64,000 nt of DNA from Podarcis gaigeae (lineage: Eukaryota): the NCBI GenBank assembly GCA_964106915.2, contig OZ066915.1, one strand, 5' to 3'. Under the pieces are notes generated by a model, which saw only the letters and a list, made by a program, of their open reading frames with translations, did no database searches and was not told the DNA's origin. The position numbers and the translations under genes were made by a program. This document shows, in pieces, positions 48,413-61,365 of the stretch; position 1 is the stretch's first letter, and each line of letters starts with the position of its first letter.

Positions 48413-50104
48413 GAGATACTACAGATATATTGAATATTTCTTCTTGGCAACTAAGATCACAGCTGTGGGTCAGACTCTGCTGTGAAGAAAAGCAAGAAAT
48501 ATATAAAGAAACCCCAATTATTCTGCTAAGAGTGTTCCTTTTTTCCTCAAGAAGGAGGTTTTCCCCACAGGAAATAAGTCCTTACAGAAAAAATTCATAT
48601 CCATCTGATTTGTTACTCTAAAACCTTCCTAGCCTTTGGCTTTTTGCTGCTACACAGGAAGCTGCTATATCAAGTTAAATTTGCAATCTTTCTAAATGGA
48701 GCCCAATCTTTTCCAGTGAATGCCAAATGCAGACCCATTAGATCACATCCCAAATATTGCAATACCCCAAGATGAAATTGTATGCTGTTCTCAAAACAAA
48801 TCTAATCTCACAAATCTTGCAGCATAGACATTTGAAAATGAGTCAAAGTCCCTCTTTTAGAAGATATATTTTAAGATTTCTTTGGAAGGGAGATCTGTCA
48901 AAGTAAATATGACAAAAACCTTCTGAAGGGAATGGACAAGAAAGGACAAAATACAATGGGATGAAAAGAACCAAATGCGGCAAGAATTGCTGGTTTCTGA
49001 ACAAAATTTGTGCTGCCTTACCTTGGAATTCGTCTTTAAAGTTTCTCTAGAATAGCACAGAAGGCAAATCATATACGTTTCAATAGCAAAGCTATAGACT
49101 TCTGCTTGAGGGAAATTTATCATTAACAGTACAATCCTTTGCATGTCTACTCAGCTGTAAGCCCCATTGAGTTTAGTGCTCCTTACTCCTGGGTAAATGG
49201 ATATTGGTTTGCAGCCTAAGCAGCAGCAAGTATACAAAAAAGTGTTTATCAGCTAGGACAGTATGTTCTTGGAAAACACACACACACACACACACACACA
49301 CGGATAGGTTTTTAAAATTCCACTCCTCTTCCAAAGAGTTCAGAATAGGACGTATATACTAGGGCTGTGCATGGAGTCCCCAATCCAAACTGTGACCCAG
49401 ATTTGTAGAATCCAGATTGGACCTGATTCGGTCAGGACAAATGTGGACCCAGTAGCAACCAGATCTCCAGAAATCCAATTGACTTGCATAGCAAAACCAA
49501 AATGGTCATCACTTTCTTAATATTTCACATTGAGGCATGTAATTTGGGGTGGGGGTGGGGCAATAGTAGACCCTAAAGGGGAGATCAACCCTGCCAGATT
49601 TCAGATAGATTTTCAAGATAGCTACATTTAAATCTTAAAATGTTTTAAAATGAAAACAGACACAACATTTTTGTTTTTTCATACTTATATCTTGAAATGT
49701 GCAAGTCCCTATAGAGGGGATTTATTGTGCCAAACTTCAGATGTATGACTCCAGGAGTTTACATGCTAGCCCCTTGGAAAGCTGGTTAGGTTAGTTATCC
49801 TTAGGCTAAGAGCTCCAGAGCGAAGCTTGGATTTAAACAGTAGCTGAAGTAGCAGCACCTCTCCTGCCCCCAAATGTTAAAAGTGTGGCACTTACTGTGA
49901 CAAGTTCATGGTGAGTACTGGCATATTTTTCAAAGGGACTTCTTTGTAAACATGTATATGATTGCACTGTAAAACATTTGTATTTCAAGGACAAATTATA
50001 CAGTTGTGTTTTCAGGTTTCAACCTTTAGCATTCAAATGGCTACACTATGTGTAATGGCAAATATTATCAAACATTCTTTCCAGCTCTACCAGTTTTGAG
50101 TTCC

Positions 50105-50340
50105 TAGAATCACAGAATTGTAGAGTTAGAAGGGACCCCAAGGGTTTTCCAGTCCAGATGACAGATGACCATCCAACCTCTGCTTGAAAACATCCAGTGA
50201 AGGAAAGTCCAAAAGAGTCGGTTCCATTGTCTGACAGCTTTTGCTGTCAGAAAGTTCTTCCTGATGTTTAGTCGGAATCTCCTTTTTTTTGTAACTTGAA
50301 GCCATTGGTTCGAATCCTACCCTCCAGAGCAGGAGAGAAA
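50105..50340 (-). mobile_element. CR1 LINE 3' fragment
   Basis: TAGAATCACAGAAT tail; minus translation DFPSLDVFKQRLDGHL; homologous to 55836-56251. Confidence 0.85.
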
Positions 50341-50844
50341 CAACTACCATTAATTTGACATCAGAGTTATCCCGTGGAAACAGTAAAACCTTCCAGAAAT
50401 GGATAGGTAGTGGTTTCTGATGAGTGTAGTTATGAGAGCATATCAGAGACCAAACGTTGCCTAACCCTGCAACCAATTCATGAAGGTTTTGCCTCTGTCA
50501 GAGTAGCTTTTGTCAAGAAATAATGAGATGCCATCAAGAAAGCCTTGCTTGGTACATAATGGAAAGCAGCCAGCGCAGAACTGAAGACTGCTGCAACTAA
50601 AATGCCATTCAAAGCCACTCTATAAATACCTGTAAGGCAAAGAGGTTCCCTTCCCTCTGCATTTAAAACACACACACATTCCCAACAGAAAAAATAAAAA
50701 TCACCCTGCTAAGCTTGTTTCGGTGGGAAAGCGGCTCCTGGCTATTTCAACCATTTTACTGGATTTCATTAAATGATATTAAAAGGCCACCATCCCACAT
50801 CATTATGATTGCAATACATTTTAAGGGACTCATTAGAAGACAAT

Positions 50845-50900
<56 letters not shown>
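50845..50900. repeat. (CA)n microsatellite
   Basis: About 27 units with one interruption; a shorter array lies at 49276-49301. Confidence 0.95.
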
Positions 50901-50903
<3 letters not shown>

Positions 50904-51433
50904 ATTTGTATCCACAAGTATTTTAACTCCACTCCTCTTTTATCTATTTTACAAGTGTTATCTATTATGTGTGAGGGCACATGCTGAGGAAAAAGTGGGC
51001 AAGGCATCCCACTGGGCAGAAAGGAGAAAAGTAGAAGTTGCCTTGCCTATGAGTAAGCCCATTGAACCTCAAACCACTTGCTGGGGACAGCTGCCTCACT
51101 CTGCCTAATGGTATATGTTAAAAGGGTATTAGTTATAAGGTTTGGGGAAGGCACAAGGGAGGTTTCAGAAAGGCAGGAGGCAGAAAGGCAGGGAGGGAGG
51201 TTGGGATATGAGAGCAGATGAGCACACAAGGAAAAGATTATGTAAGGCTGACAACTGGGGAAGATGACACAGATCCTTTACAAAAAGGCCGGAGGGAGGG
51301 GCACAAGCTCCAGATAGGTAATTTAAACTTTGCCCCCAGACCCTTGTCTAGAGTGCTCATATAGCCAATATACACAACCAATAAAGGAGCATAGCATTGT
51401 ATTCAGCCCTTTCCCACCACCATCACAACTATA

Positions 51434-51668
51434 TATATGGTACCTTGGGTTACAGATGCTTCAGGTTACAGACACTTCAGGTTACAGATTCCGCTAACCA
51501 AGAAAGAGTACCTTGGGTTAAGAACTTTGCTTCAGGATGAGAACAGAAATTGCGTGGCGGCGGCAGTGGGAGGCCCCATTTGCTAAAGTGGTACCTCAGG
51601 TTTAGGACAATTTCAGGTTAAGAATGGACCTCCAGAACGAATTAAATTCTTAACCCGAGGTACAACTG
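51434..51668. mobile_element. Tigger-like (Tc1/mariner) MITE
   Basis: GGTACCTTGGGTTACAGA...TAACCCGAGGTACAACTG|TA; same family as 52689 and 55867. Confidence 0.85.
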
Positions 51669-52688
51669 TAATTTGTAAAACTAGATCACTAATGACTTAC
51701 TGATGCTAGCACAGCTTTGCCCATTCACACCAGCTGTTAAACCATCCCTGAAAAGTCTCAGGTGCATTGTCATTGTTCATTAACTAAAGCACATTAATGA
51801 ATGTGTCGCTATTGCTTCTCGCTACTTAAAACTACTAATGGGATTTGTAAATATGTGATACAACCCAATAACTAGTGTTGACGTTGTAAAGCTCTTCATG
51901 AAAATGTTCCTTCCAGGGTCTCCTTTTGTCAAGGCGCGACACTCCATTTCCTGGTAACATGAGTCATATTTTACTTTTGTGCTTCCACTGTGAGATCAGT
52001 GCTGTTGTTCAGCGGCGCTTAATCAAACTGAATAATGAAATTACGGTCCTGGCTATCAAGGAATGAAAAACTCAAACTCGGTATTTTGTGGCAAAATTAA
52101 TGCTTAGTTCAGTATGATACATAGGCCTATCAGGTACTGAGATATTAGTGATGACCTCAATTACTATATAATAAATTCCCCTTTGGGAATCTTATCAGAA
52201 GTAGGTGGAAAACAATGCTTGAATGAGGGTGGCCACTTCCACCCCCCCAAAAGAGGACAATAGAAGAGACAGATTTGCATATGCTAATTGATGCAATTTT
52301 TGAAAATAATTACTAGAATTTTTAAAAGAAATGCAGTGTGGAAATGACTGTGACTGGGTGACTTGCTCAACCTGCTATCCAGGTGCTGCCCAGGTGAGCA
52401 ATTTTTATTGCCCAAGTAGGCTGGGCTATAATTGTCCAGGTGGGCAATTCCTCTCCCTTCTTAGGGTTTGTTTTTTTAAGATCTAAACCATACTTGAATA
52501 TCTTTAAACTATCTTTGGATACAGGATGGCTTTAAATAGATGTCTGTTCCTTGCAAAACACAACAAGTGGGCTTCCATTTGAATTACTAGGGGGAGGAGA
52601 GAGTTCCGCGGGTATCTACACATTCCAACCTCCCATTCCCTCCCATTTGTAGACAACCTGGCCTGTCTATGCTGTTCTTAAAACAATA

Positions 52689-52922
52689 CAGTGGTACCTC
52701 AGGTTACAGATGCTTCAGGTTACAGACGCTTCAGGTTACAGAGTCTGCTAACCCAGAAATAGTACCTCAGGTTAAGAACTTTGCTTCAGAATGAGAACAG
52801 AAATTGCGTGGTGGTGGCACGGCGGCAGTGTGAGGCCCATTAGCTACAGTGGTGTCTCAGGTTAAGAACGGTTAAGAACAGACCTCCGGAACGAATTAAG
52901 TTCTTAACCCGAGGTACCACTG
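52689..52922. mobile_element. Tigger-like (Tc1/mariner) MITE
   Basis: TA TSD on both sides; TIR CAGTGGTACCTC(A/G)GGTTA; internal CTTCAGGTTACAGA repeats. Confidence 0.92.
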
Positions 52923-54519
52923 TAGTTGAAGCAGCCATCACAAAACCCTGTCATTTGAGCAACAGCAGATCTGCAGAGAAAAAATAAAAAACCCTATTTT
53001 GTTCATCACAGTAACAAATATTTTAGTGATTAACCAAATCCTAAAAGGGATTGAGCAATCTTGCATGGCACTGTTTGATGCTTTTCTGTCTATCCATCTT
53101 TCTATGCATACATATTCACACAGTTATTTTATTTCTGTGTACCTAATTCTCCTGTTAAATCATTCTTCCCCCGATCTATGATCTTAGTCCACAGAAATAA
53201 ATCAGTTCTCTGCATGACTGTTTGATGTTAAAAAATTATGCAAAATAGGACTTTTGGGAAGTAATTGAAGCTAAAAACTTGTGATCTCCTTAATATATGC
53301 CTTTCTTTCTTTCTTTTTCCTGCCTGGAAATAATTTCGAATGTGATGCAACTCATTTTAATTTATTTGAATTAGTAACTGCAGCACCAGGGCAGAATGTG
53401 AAGTTAGTGGCATTTCTATTAACAAAAAGCAATTAACTTCTTTTCTTTCTAAAGGAATTCATTCTCCTATAATTCCTTGCTATATTTAATTAAATGGTTG
53501 TGTATTTGAGCTCTTTTCAAATTTGCCTTCATGTCTATTTAAATGTGGTTTAATTCATTCCTATTTCATTTTTGTCCAACATGTTAACTTTCTGACAGTC
53601 TTTGGATCCATTAAAATGGATTGTGAAAAGTACATTTCTGTACCCGGCAGAGGTTTCAGGGAGCTGCAAAGTAGCAGAAAATTGGAGGGGAAGAGAACTT
53701 TAAAGATCTGAAACTTTGAATTTGCAAGGCATTGATTCTTTGGAACTTTGGAGTTCTTTCATTTGATCACCACTTTTTATGCCTGCCCTTTGCTCAGTGC
53801 TTCTAGAATTGCGTGTTGAAGTGTGAAATGCAGAGAAAAAAATGTGTGTGGTGGGTGAGAATCAGAGGAAGGGGATTCTGCCCTTGTTTAAGATCATTTG
53901 TAGGAGTCACTGGGATGCTTCCACAAGAACAGAGCTGTTTGTTCTTTGTACATGGAAGGGCAGAGGAATCACCATTCTGTGCCAAGATGACCCAAATTAT
54001 GCACCAACAGAGCTAAATTTGCAAATGTCCTTTTGTGAGTAATGAGGTGAAGGAAGCGATATGCACTCGCAGTGGTTTGCTATTTTTACTTACTTTATTT
54101 AGAAAAATTTCCAAACCACTTAATATTTTAAAATCTCAAAGTGGCATACAAACATGCAACATAAAAACAATACTATAAGATAATTACAGGGATTCAGTAA
54201 ACAACCACCATGTTAATGTTAATACTAGACATTAACGTTCAATCTTTAATGTTCACACAGCATGTGATAAGGGGCTTAATTATGACTTTAGATAAATTGC
54301 AGGGAGCCTTAAGCAGCAAGAATGTGGGTCAGTTTCTCCGCCTGCACACGGAAATTCCATCTTCTGCACAACTATTAACAGTGCTGGAGTCTTGTCTTCT
54401 TTTACATCTAGCTGTCCTAGAAAAGCATCATTTACTGCAGCAGTAGGGTATTGCTCTTAGGAAACAACTTTCAAGTTCAATGGGACAATAAGGCATGACT
54501 TTTCATGTTGCAGATTTGA

Positions 54520-54930
54520 TATTGCTCAGGGCCACAATACCTCAAGGACTGCCTCTTTCCATATGAACCTACCTGAACCCTGAGATCTTCTTCTGAGGCC
54601 CTCCTTTGTGTGCCCCTCCTTAAGAGGTCCGGAGGGTGGCAACACGAGAACGGGCTTTCTCTGCAGTGGCTCCCCATCTGTGGAATGCTCTCCCCAGGAA
54701 AGTTCACCTGACGCCTTCATTATACACCTTTAGGCACCAGGCAAAAATGTTCCTTTTAACCAGGCCTTTGGTTGATCTGATTTACATCCTATGCCCTTTT
54801 AAAATGTGGGGTTTGGGGGGGGGCTATTGGGTTGTTGTTTTTTGTTATGTATTTTGTGGTTTTATATCTTGGTTTTATTCTGAGACCCCCGGGTATAGGG
54901 CGGTATATAAATTCAATTAATAATAATAAT
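54520..54930 (+). mobile_element. L2-clade LINE 3' end
   Basis: ATRERAFSAVAPHLWNALP motif; ends GGTATAGGGCGGTATATAAAT plus (AAT)n. Confidence 0.85.
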
Positions 54931-55835
54931 AGTTCTGAAAGGTAAAACAACAACCCCAACAACTGAAATGTGTGGAGCATTTTATGTATACACAGCTTCC
55001 CTGTCTCTTCTAAAGAATTCACAGGATATGGTTCATTTCCATGAGCATTCTGTGGGTAAAAGGATGGCTGCCCCATCATGGAATTTAGATAAAATTTAGC
55101 TAAACTTGCAAAGTTCCACTAGTGGAACCTCTGCCCCACAATAAGCCTTGCTCTGTTCCACCTTACTGGGGCTGCAGAACAGAGCATCTCACACAGGCAA
55201 TGGAAGAGTGGATAATTGCTGCAATTGTCTCCCCATCCACTTTGCCATATACAGTACTGTGTCCCCTTAGCTTTAATTTCCTATCATCTATTAAATGAAT
55301 GCACGTCCCTAGTAATGCCATATTGTAGAACCACGAAGGAACGGACTAAGTTTCAGAGGAAGCACACAGGAAATCATCTTGTTAAAGGTTGAATGAGGTT
55401 GCTAACAAAAGTGAGATGGATGGAAGAATTATACATCATTAATATGGTAACTGCACTGCAGAGAGAAATTAAGTGCTAATCATTTTCAGAGGGTTATTTT
55501 GCAGTGGGTCCTCCATGCACTTCAGTGAGGCATTCTAACCTGTTACAAACATTTTGATTAACGATTTACTAACAAGAATGGATAATGGATGTTCTAAGTA
55601 CACTGTCTAAAACATTGTCAATATCAAAATTTCCAAGCAGAATCAAGATCCAGCCACAGCAAAGAAGCTCCAGAATGTCACAGTCATCCTTGCTGTTTAC
55701 GGTTGAGTTCTGGTAAAGTACATCCAACGGAAAATATAGAGGCATGGATCAGAAGTTCAGAGTATGCAAGCAGAGATATTCACCTGCACACACAAATTTG
55801 CAGTCCCTCGTGCTACAATAAACAGGTCCACTTGA

Positions 55836-56251
55836 GGGTAGGACCCAAACCAATGGCTTCAAGTTACAGTGGTACCTCAGGTTACAGACGCTTCAGGTTA
55901 TAGATGCTTCAGGTTACAGACTCCGCTAACCCAGAAATAGTACCTCAGGTTAAGAACTTTGCTTCAGGATAAGAACAGAAATCAGCGGGACACCCCATTA
56001 GCTAAAGTGGTACCTCAGGTTAAGAACAGTTTCAGGTTAAGAACGGACCTCCAGAACGAATTAAGTTCTTAACCTGAGGTACCACTGTACAAGAAAGGAG
56101 ATTCCAACTAAACATCAGGAGGAACTTTCTGATGGTAAGAGCTGTTTGACAGTAGACTCCCTCAGGAGGTGGTGGACTCTCATTCCTTGGAGGTTTTTAA
56201 GCATAGGTGGACTGGCCATCTAGCTTCCAACTCTACAATTCTATGATTCTA
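55836..56251 (+). mobile_element. CR1 3' fragment split by a Tigger-like MITE
   Basis: CCAATGGCTTCAAGTTA|CAAGAAAGGAGATTCC.ACTAAACATCAGG...ATTCTATGATTCTA tail. Confidence 0.85.
55867..56087. mobile_element. Tigger-like MITE nested in CR1
   Basis: TA TSD (55865-55866, 56088-56089); perfect TIR CAGTGGTACCTCAGGTTA. Confidence 0.93.
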
Positions 56252-56328
56252 ACCTCCAATGGGATGTTTTCAGCAGCTGTGGGGACTGCTGCGAAAGAAA
56301 AGAGTGGGATAGTCCCTTAGTGTGAAGA

Positions 56329-56377
<49 letters not shown>

Positions 56378-56455
56378 TATTTATACCCCACCCATCTGGC
56401 TAGGTTTCCCCAGCCATTCTGGGTGACTCCCAACAAAATATTAAAAACATGATAA
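56329..56455 (-). mobile_element. L2 3' tail with expanded (AAT)n microsatellite
   Basis: About 15 AAT units followed by TTTATACCC..CCCATCTGG..GGTTTCCCCAGCCA, as at 23400-23460. Confidence 0.85.
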
Positions 56456-58182
56456 AAGCAACCTCACACTACTTTTGGATTCCAGTCGCTGATTTTGTTG
56501 TTCATCACTCACTTCCACAGTTGCAGAGGTTCAATTAATACTGCTCCTGGAGTGATTCATCAAACTGAAATGAAGGTGTTTGTTTCTACTAGAGCAGTTT
56601 GTTAGCAGAGCTGTAATAAAGGCCCTGTCACTGTTTTCATGTCCAAGTTTACAGTGAATGTCAGAAATGCATTGGTTGTCAACAATCATGTTGAAGTATT
56701 GACAATCTCAGACTTATTCAGATTATATGGTTATATTCACCAGGGCATCCTTCACATCCCAGATGAATTTTGCTAGTGATCATGTTTCTCATCTTGACTG
56801 TATATTATACTTTCATCTCAGTACAGAAGGGAATGAATATTTTTCAGTCCAAGGACCACATTGACAGTCGCTGATCTGAGCGCCGTATGCCAGCTGTGGG
56901 TGTGGCCAATATATGCGTGTACACACACACACACACACCAGGCATGTGCACAGCACTCTCTACTTCTCACACACACATTTGCAGTCATACATTCATACAT
57001 AAACTCTCACAAAAGCGCATGCAGATGCATGTGTGCACACACAGCACTTGGGTGGAGGGTGATTGAAAATGTTGCCTTTTCCTTTGCAGTGAAGGATCTG
57101 GGCAAACTATAAGGCAGCATTTACAACCCAACCCACTCTAGGGGTGGGGAGAAATGCTGTCGTTTATTATTAAGGAGCACCCAGGATTTATATTGTCCTC
57201 CAGTCTTGATGCTGTGGTGCTTAATGCTAAGACCCGAGGTAAAAGATAAGAGAAAATCCCTTTGTCCACTCCTTAAGCCGCATTTTGCCCATCACAGTGC
57301 TGGAATGAGGCTGTGGAGAAATGCTGCCTTTTACTCTAAAACAGCAGGCAGAGAGCTTGTCCCCAATCTCAGAGCTTTAGAGGGGATCTCTAAAGTGCAT
57401 ATGGAGGGGTTTTATAAGAGCTGTGCACAAGCCCACAACCTGGTCCATGTCTGAGGAACACTCAACTGGACCCAAATCTAGCCCCAAATCAATTATGGGT
57501 GGGACTCATATTCAATTAGAAGTTTAAACATACAGGCAGGAAGGGGTGGGAGAAGGAGACACTGCATCTCTTCCCCTGCCCTGATTGCAGAGAACAGGAT
57601 GCTTCAGTCTTGTGGGGTGCTGCTTTGCAAGCCCCATGAGGTGCAGCGTAAATTAATAATGCATAGTTTTAAAGAATAAAAGCTTTACTAAATTAAAATA
57701 AACTTCTTCATAAACAACATGGTTCCAAACAGTTTGACTGAGATTACATCACATGTCAGAATGACTCAACAGTTAGCAGTTAGGCCTTAATAACTTTAGT
57801 AGGCCCAAATGATTGTGCAGTCCCAGCACTTCCCAGTCTGCTTTGCTGCTTCTGCTCTCATGTGTCTTTGTCACATGACACCTATCCCTCCACGGAATGG
57901 TTTTGTGAAGGAGCAGTCTGCAGCCAGCAGGACTAAATCCTCCATTCACCAGCTGATGTTGGAAGGTTAAATCCTGCTGGGTGCTGTTTTGTGAAGGAGT
58001 ATCCTACAGCCTTCCCACCTGACACTCTTGCCACCTGACAGCTCCCGGATCACTCCAGGAGGTCTAACCTGACCTGAGGCAATTTGCAGCTGTCTTGACC
58101 TGACTTGGCCAAAGCCCAGAGTCCCTGCTGAATCATGCCGAATTGGTTCAGGATGTGACCAAATCCAGTGCACAGCCTTAGG

Positions 58183-58218
58183 TTTGATCAAAAAGACCAC
58201 TTTGATCAAGAAGACCAC
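58183..58218. repeat. 18-bp tandem duplication
   Basis: TTTGATCAA(A/G)AAGACCAC x2. Confidence 0.8.
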
Positions 58219-60243
58219 CTCCTAATCAAGAGATAAAACTGCAAAAAAGAAAACCAGACTCCCTTGGGTTGATTTCCAGATGCCTGGTTATGAATCTGAT
58301 TGAAACATATCTTAATTGGGGTAACAGAATTCCCTCCAACCTTTGTTTCTTTTGGAAGAGGGGTACTGAATTGTACATAATGGCTCTAGACACAAAACTG
58401 GGGACAAGCAGTTCACAAAGCATTCATCGTTCATTTTCCACCACAACAGACTACTGATTTTTAAAATGATGGAATAGCACCTTGCAATTTTAATTATGGT
58501 GGACCAGAGTTTACCATAAAAAAGCATTGCCTAGAAAGCTGGCCTCTGGCTAGCTCTTTGTTTGACCTAAGAAAATATTTTCTTTAAAAATAAATAAATC
58601 CTAAACGTCACACTTCATCCAAAGAAATCATGTAGGAGCCGCTTCTCTTAAATTCCATCTAGAAAGCTAATCCTTGCAAAGGAGACCAAGGCTTCTATTC
58701 GGGTAACTCAAACCTTCACCTAAATGTTATAGTTAGAACAGGCACTTATGCAAAAGAGTCACTGACCACCCAGAAACCAAACATATTGCTGAAAATAGCC
58801 CCCTGTCCTTGCTAGCAAAGCAAGCGACCCAGGGCAAATCTGTTCCAAAGATCCCTGCTTATCAGAGCAGAAAGAAAACCAGTGGTGGCTTTGAGCAACC
58901 GCTGACTGATTTAATCAGGATGATTTGTACTACAGTGGGAGCAGAACGGGGCTACAAAGCTGAGTGCAAATACAGGATTAAAATTGCATCTTCAGCCCAT
59001 TTGTTTGTTGATCTCTCGATCGCTCTCTCAGCTAGTTTATAGCTTGTCGCTTTCTAGATCACAAAACACTGTCAAAACATGCAGGAATCATTTTAAGGGC
59101 CTTATCTCTGAGAATTGTGCTCACACATCACGTTTAACTCTTCAGTTGCATGACCTCTGGATTAACAACAAGGGCTGCACCCCTTTAGAATGCATGTGGG
59201 GAAACGGCCTGACTGAATTCCTCTAAGGAAGCATGTCAAGTGATTGGACAGGCTAGAATGCTTATTTCTGGCAGGTTGCTTTTACAATTCCCCCACCTAT
59301 ACTCTGAAATGGTTAAGTCTCTAGGGGGACGTATCCTAGAATCAGCAAGAGGTTGACCCAATTAGGTTACTGGGGCATAGACCTCCAAACCAGTAATGAA
59401 CCCCTGCTGGCGATGCCTTTGGAGACTAGATTGCCTTCAGAAATATTTATCCCACATTTCAGATGGGAGAACAGCAAAAACTGCAACAAAAGTGGGGCAA
59501 CAACCTCACCCCAGAACATCTGAGGAATGAAAAATTAAATGATTTTGGCAGGAAGCTGCAGGACATAAATGAAGTGAGATGTCCACTTTTCAAACAGTAT
59601 TGAAAGTGGGATTGTATGTATAACTGCATATAATATCATCATGAGCACATCATCAAAGCCCCATAAAAAGGATGTCTGGAGGGGTCCTCACTTCCTGAAA
59701 CATCACAGAAGGACGTGGGATTCAGCCCTGGTAAGGAACTGCATATGGCATTATTACAAATACAGTTTTCACTTGTGGCAAATGGGATCTGACTTGGCTT
59801 GAGGCAATTATGCTGCACAAGCTCCTTGCTTTCCGTACATCACATTTCCACATATAATGCAATAGACTGTCAGGACCATCCATTCCATTCAGCTTCTTTA
59901 TATCCTTCAGTACAGCAGTCAGGAGAGATAACATTTGGCTCAAACTTTGACTCAAATATAGGCTGTCATAAAATCAGATGTGAGTACTAAATGGAAAAGT
60001 TATTACAATAATAGGGTGATAATGGACAGGGATATCGGTTCACATTCAGGTTTGTGTGACAATATCATCTCAGGTCTCTGGGTAAGATCCAGTGTCACCC
60101 CCATGGATGCAAGGAAACATCTCCTCCTTCTCTCCTCTCTCTGCCTGCAGCTACCTGCACCCTCCAGAGGGGTTCCAAGGTTAGGGAAGGGTGTGTGTGT
60201 CCTGTTTTCACAAGAAGAAATCCATTGTACAAGTGTGCCACCA

Positions 60244-60297
60244 CAGTAGGATATATTGATTGATATATATCAGTAGGACATATTGATTTATATCAAT
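60244..60297. repeat. 27-bp tandem duplication
   Basis: CAGTAGGA(T/C)ATATTGATT..TAT x2. Confidence 0.75.
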
Positions 60298-60446
60298 CAA
60301 TAAAAACCAAACAAACAAATATCCCGCCCAAAGGTATTAATCCTCATTCTCATCTCTGCACTGAACTCATCCTTAATGCTCATTTTTATGCTTCCCATAG
60401 ATTCTCAAGAACTCTACTCATTTCAGATAGTAAGCTTAGCAGTCAT

Positions 60447-60512
60447 TGAATAAGATGAGACAACATAGAGAATAACAACTGAATAAGATGAGACAACATA
60501 GAGAAAAACAAT
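60447..60512. repeat. 33-bp tandem duplication
   Basis: TGAATAAGATGAGACAACATAGAGAA(T/A)AACAA x2. Confidence 0.9.
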
Positions 60513-60619
60513 TCCTCTTGTGAACCAGGAATTGGTTAAGCAGCAGGAACCAGAGAGACAGAACAAATGGCTATCTGAGTATAGAAATTGGAGTTCCTCA
60601 GAAACTGGTATTGAGACCC

Positions 60620-61055
60620 GTGCTTTTCAATTTGTTCATAAATATTATACAGTTAGGGATGAGCGGTGAGGTGGCAAAGTTTGCTGCTGATACTAAATTG
60701 ATCAGGGTCATTAAAACAAACAAATAAAAAAAGATTGTGAAGCGCTCCTAAAGGACCTCTCTAGACCAAGTGAATGGGTGGCAAAATGTAGTCTTCATGG
60801 GTAGCTTGATGAAGGTGTTGACACCGTGTGTGGCATCCGTGAAAACGGCAAATTCCATGCTGGGGATCATTAGAAAGGGAATCAAAATAAAGCTGCCAAT
60901 ATCATAATGCCATTATGCAGACCTATGGTGCAACCACCTTTGGAATACTGTGTACAATTCTGGTCTCCTCATTTCAAAAAGGATACCGTGGAGTTGGAAA
61001 ATGTTCTGCAAAGTGCAGCCAAAATACTTAAAGGGTTGGAGAACTCCCCTATGAG
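60620..61055 (+). mobile_element. Old CR1 ORF2 (RT C-terminal) fragment
   Basis: AAGTTTGCTGCTGATACTAAATTG = KFA(D)DTKL; MVQPPLEYCVQFWSPHFKKD..ELE motif. Confidence 0.8.
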
Positions 61056-61294
61056 GAGACCTCCTGACTGAAGCACTGCAACAAATAGAATGAGCAGAGC
61101 AGTGGTGAGAACAGGTGAAGCTCTGGCAGCAGTGGGGACAGGTGTGCATGTGTCTGCATCTGCCAGCACCCCAACCCGGTATTCCTTCAGCGCTACCCTG
61201 CGCTGCCCCATCCTGCCCTCTGCAAGAAGCAGTGGCAATGCTCACCTTACTGCTTACAATCCTTCACCCCATTTGTAAATATACCTGCAACTGA

Positions 61295-61365
61295 AGATGA
61301 CATTTCATGTGCCTGATGAAATGGATTCTAGTTCGCAACAACTTGTGCCATGATAAATTTGTCTT
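61295..61365 (+). mobile_element. Penelope-like element terminal-repeat remnant with decayed hammerhead core
   Basis: CTGATGA at 61313-61319, short hairpin, then ACTTGTGCCA.GATAAATTTGT; resembles squamate PLE repeats; GAAA core lost. Confidence 0.45.

Noticed and set aside
45023-60512. Short direct repeats (27-37 bp) as a CRISPR-like array
   Set aside because: Only two adjacent copies each with no spacers, in a vertebrate context; these are simple tandem duplications.
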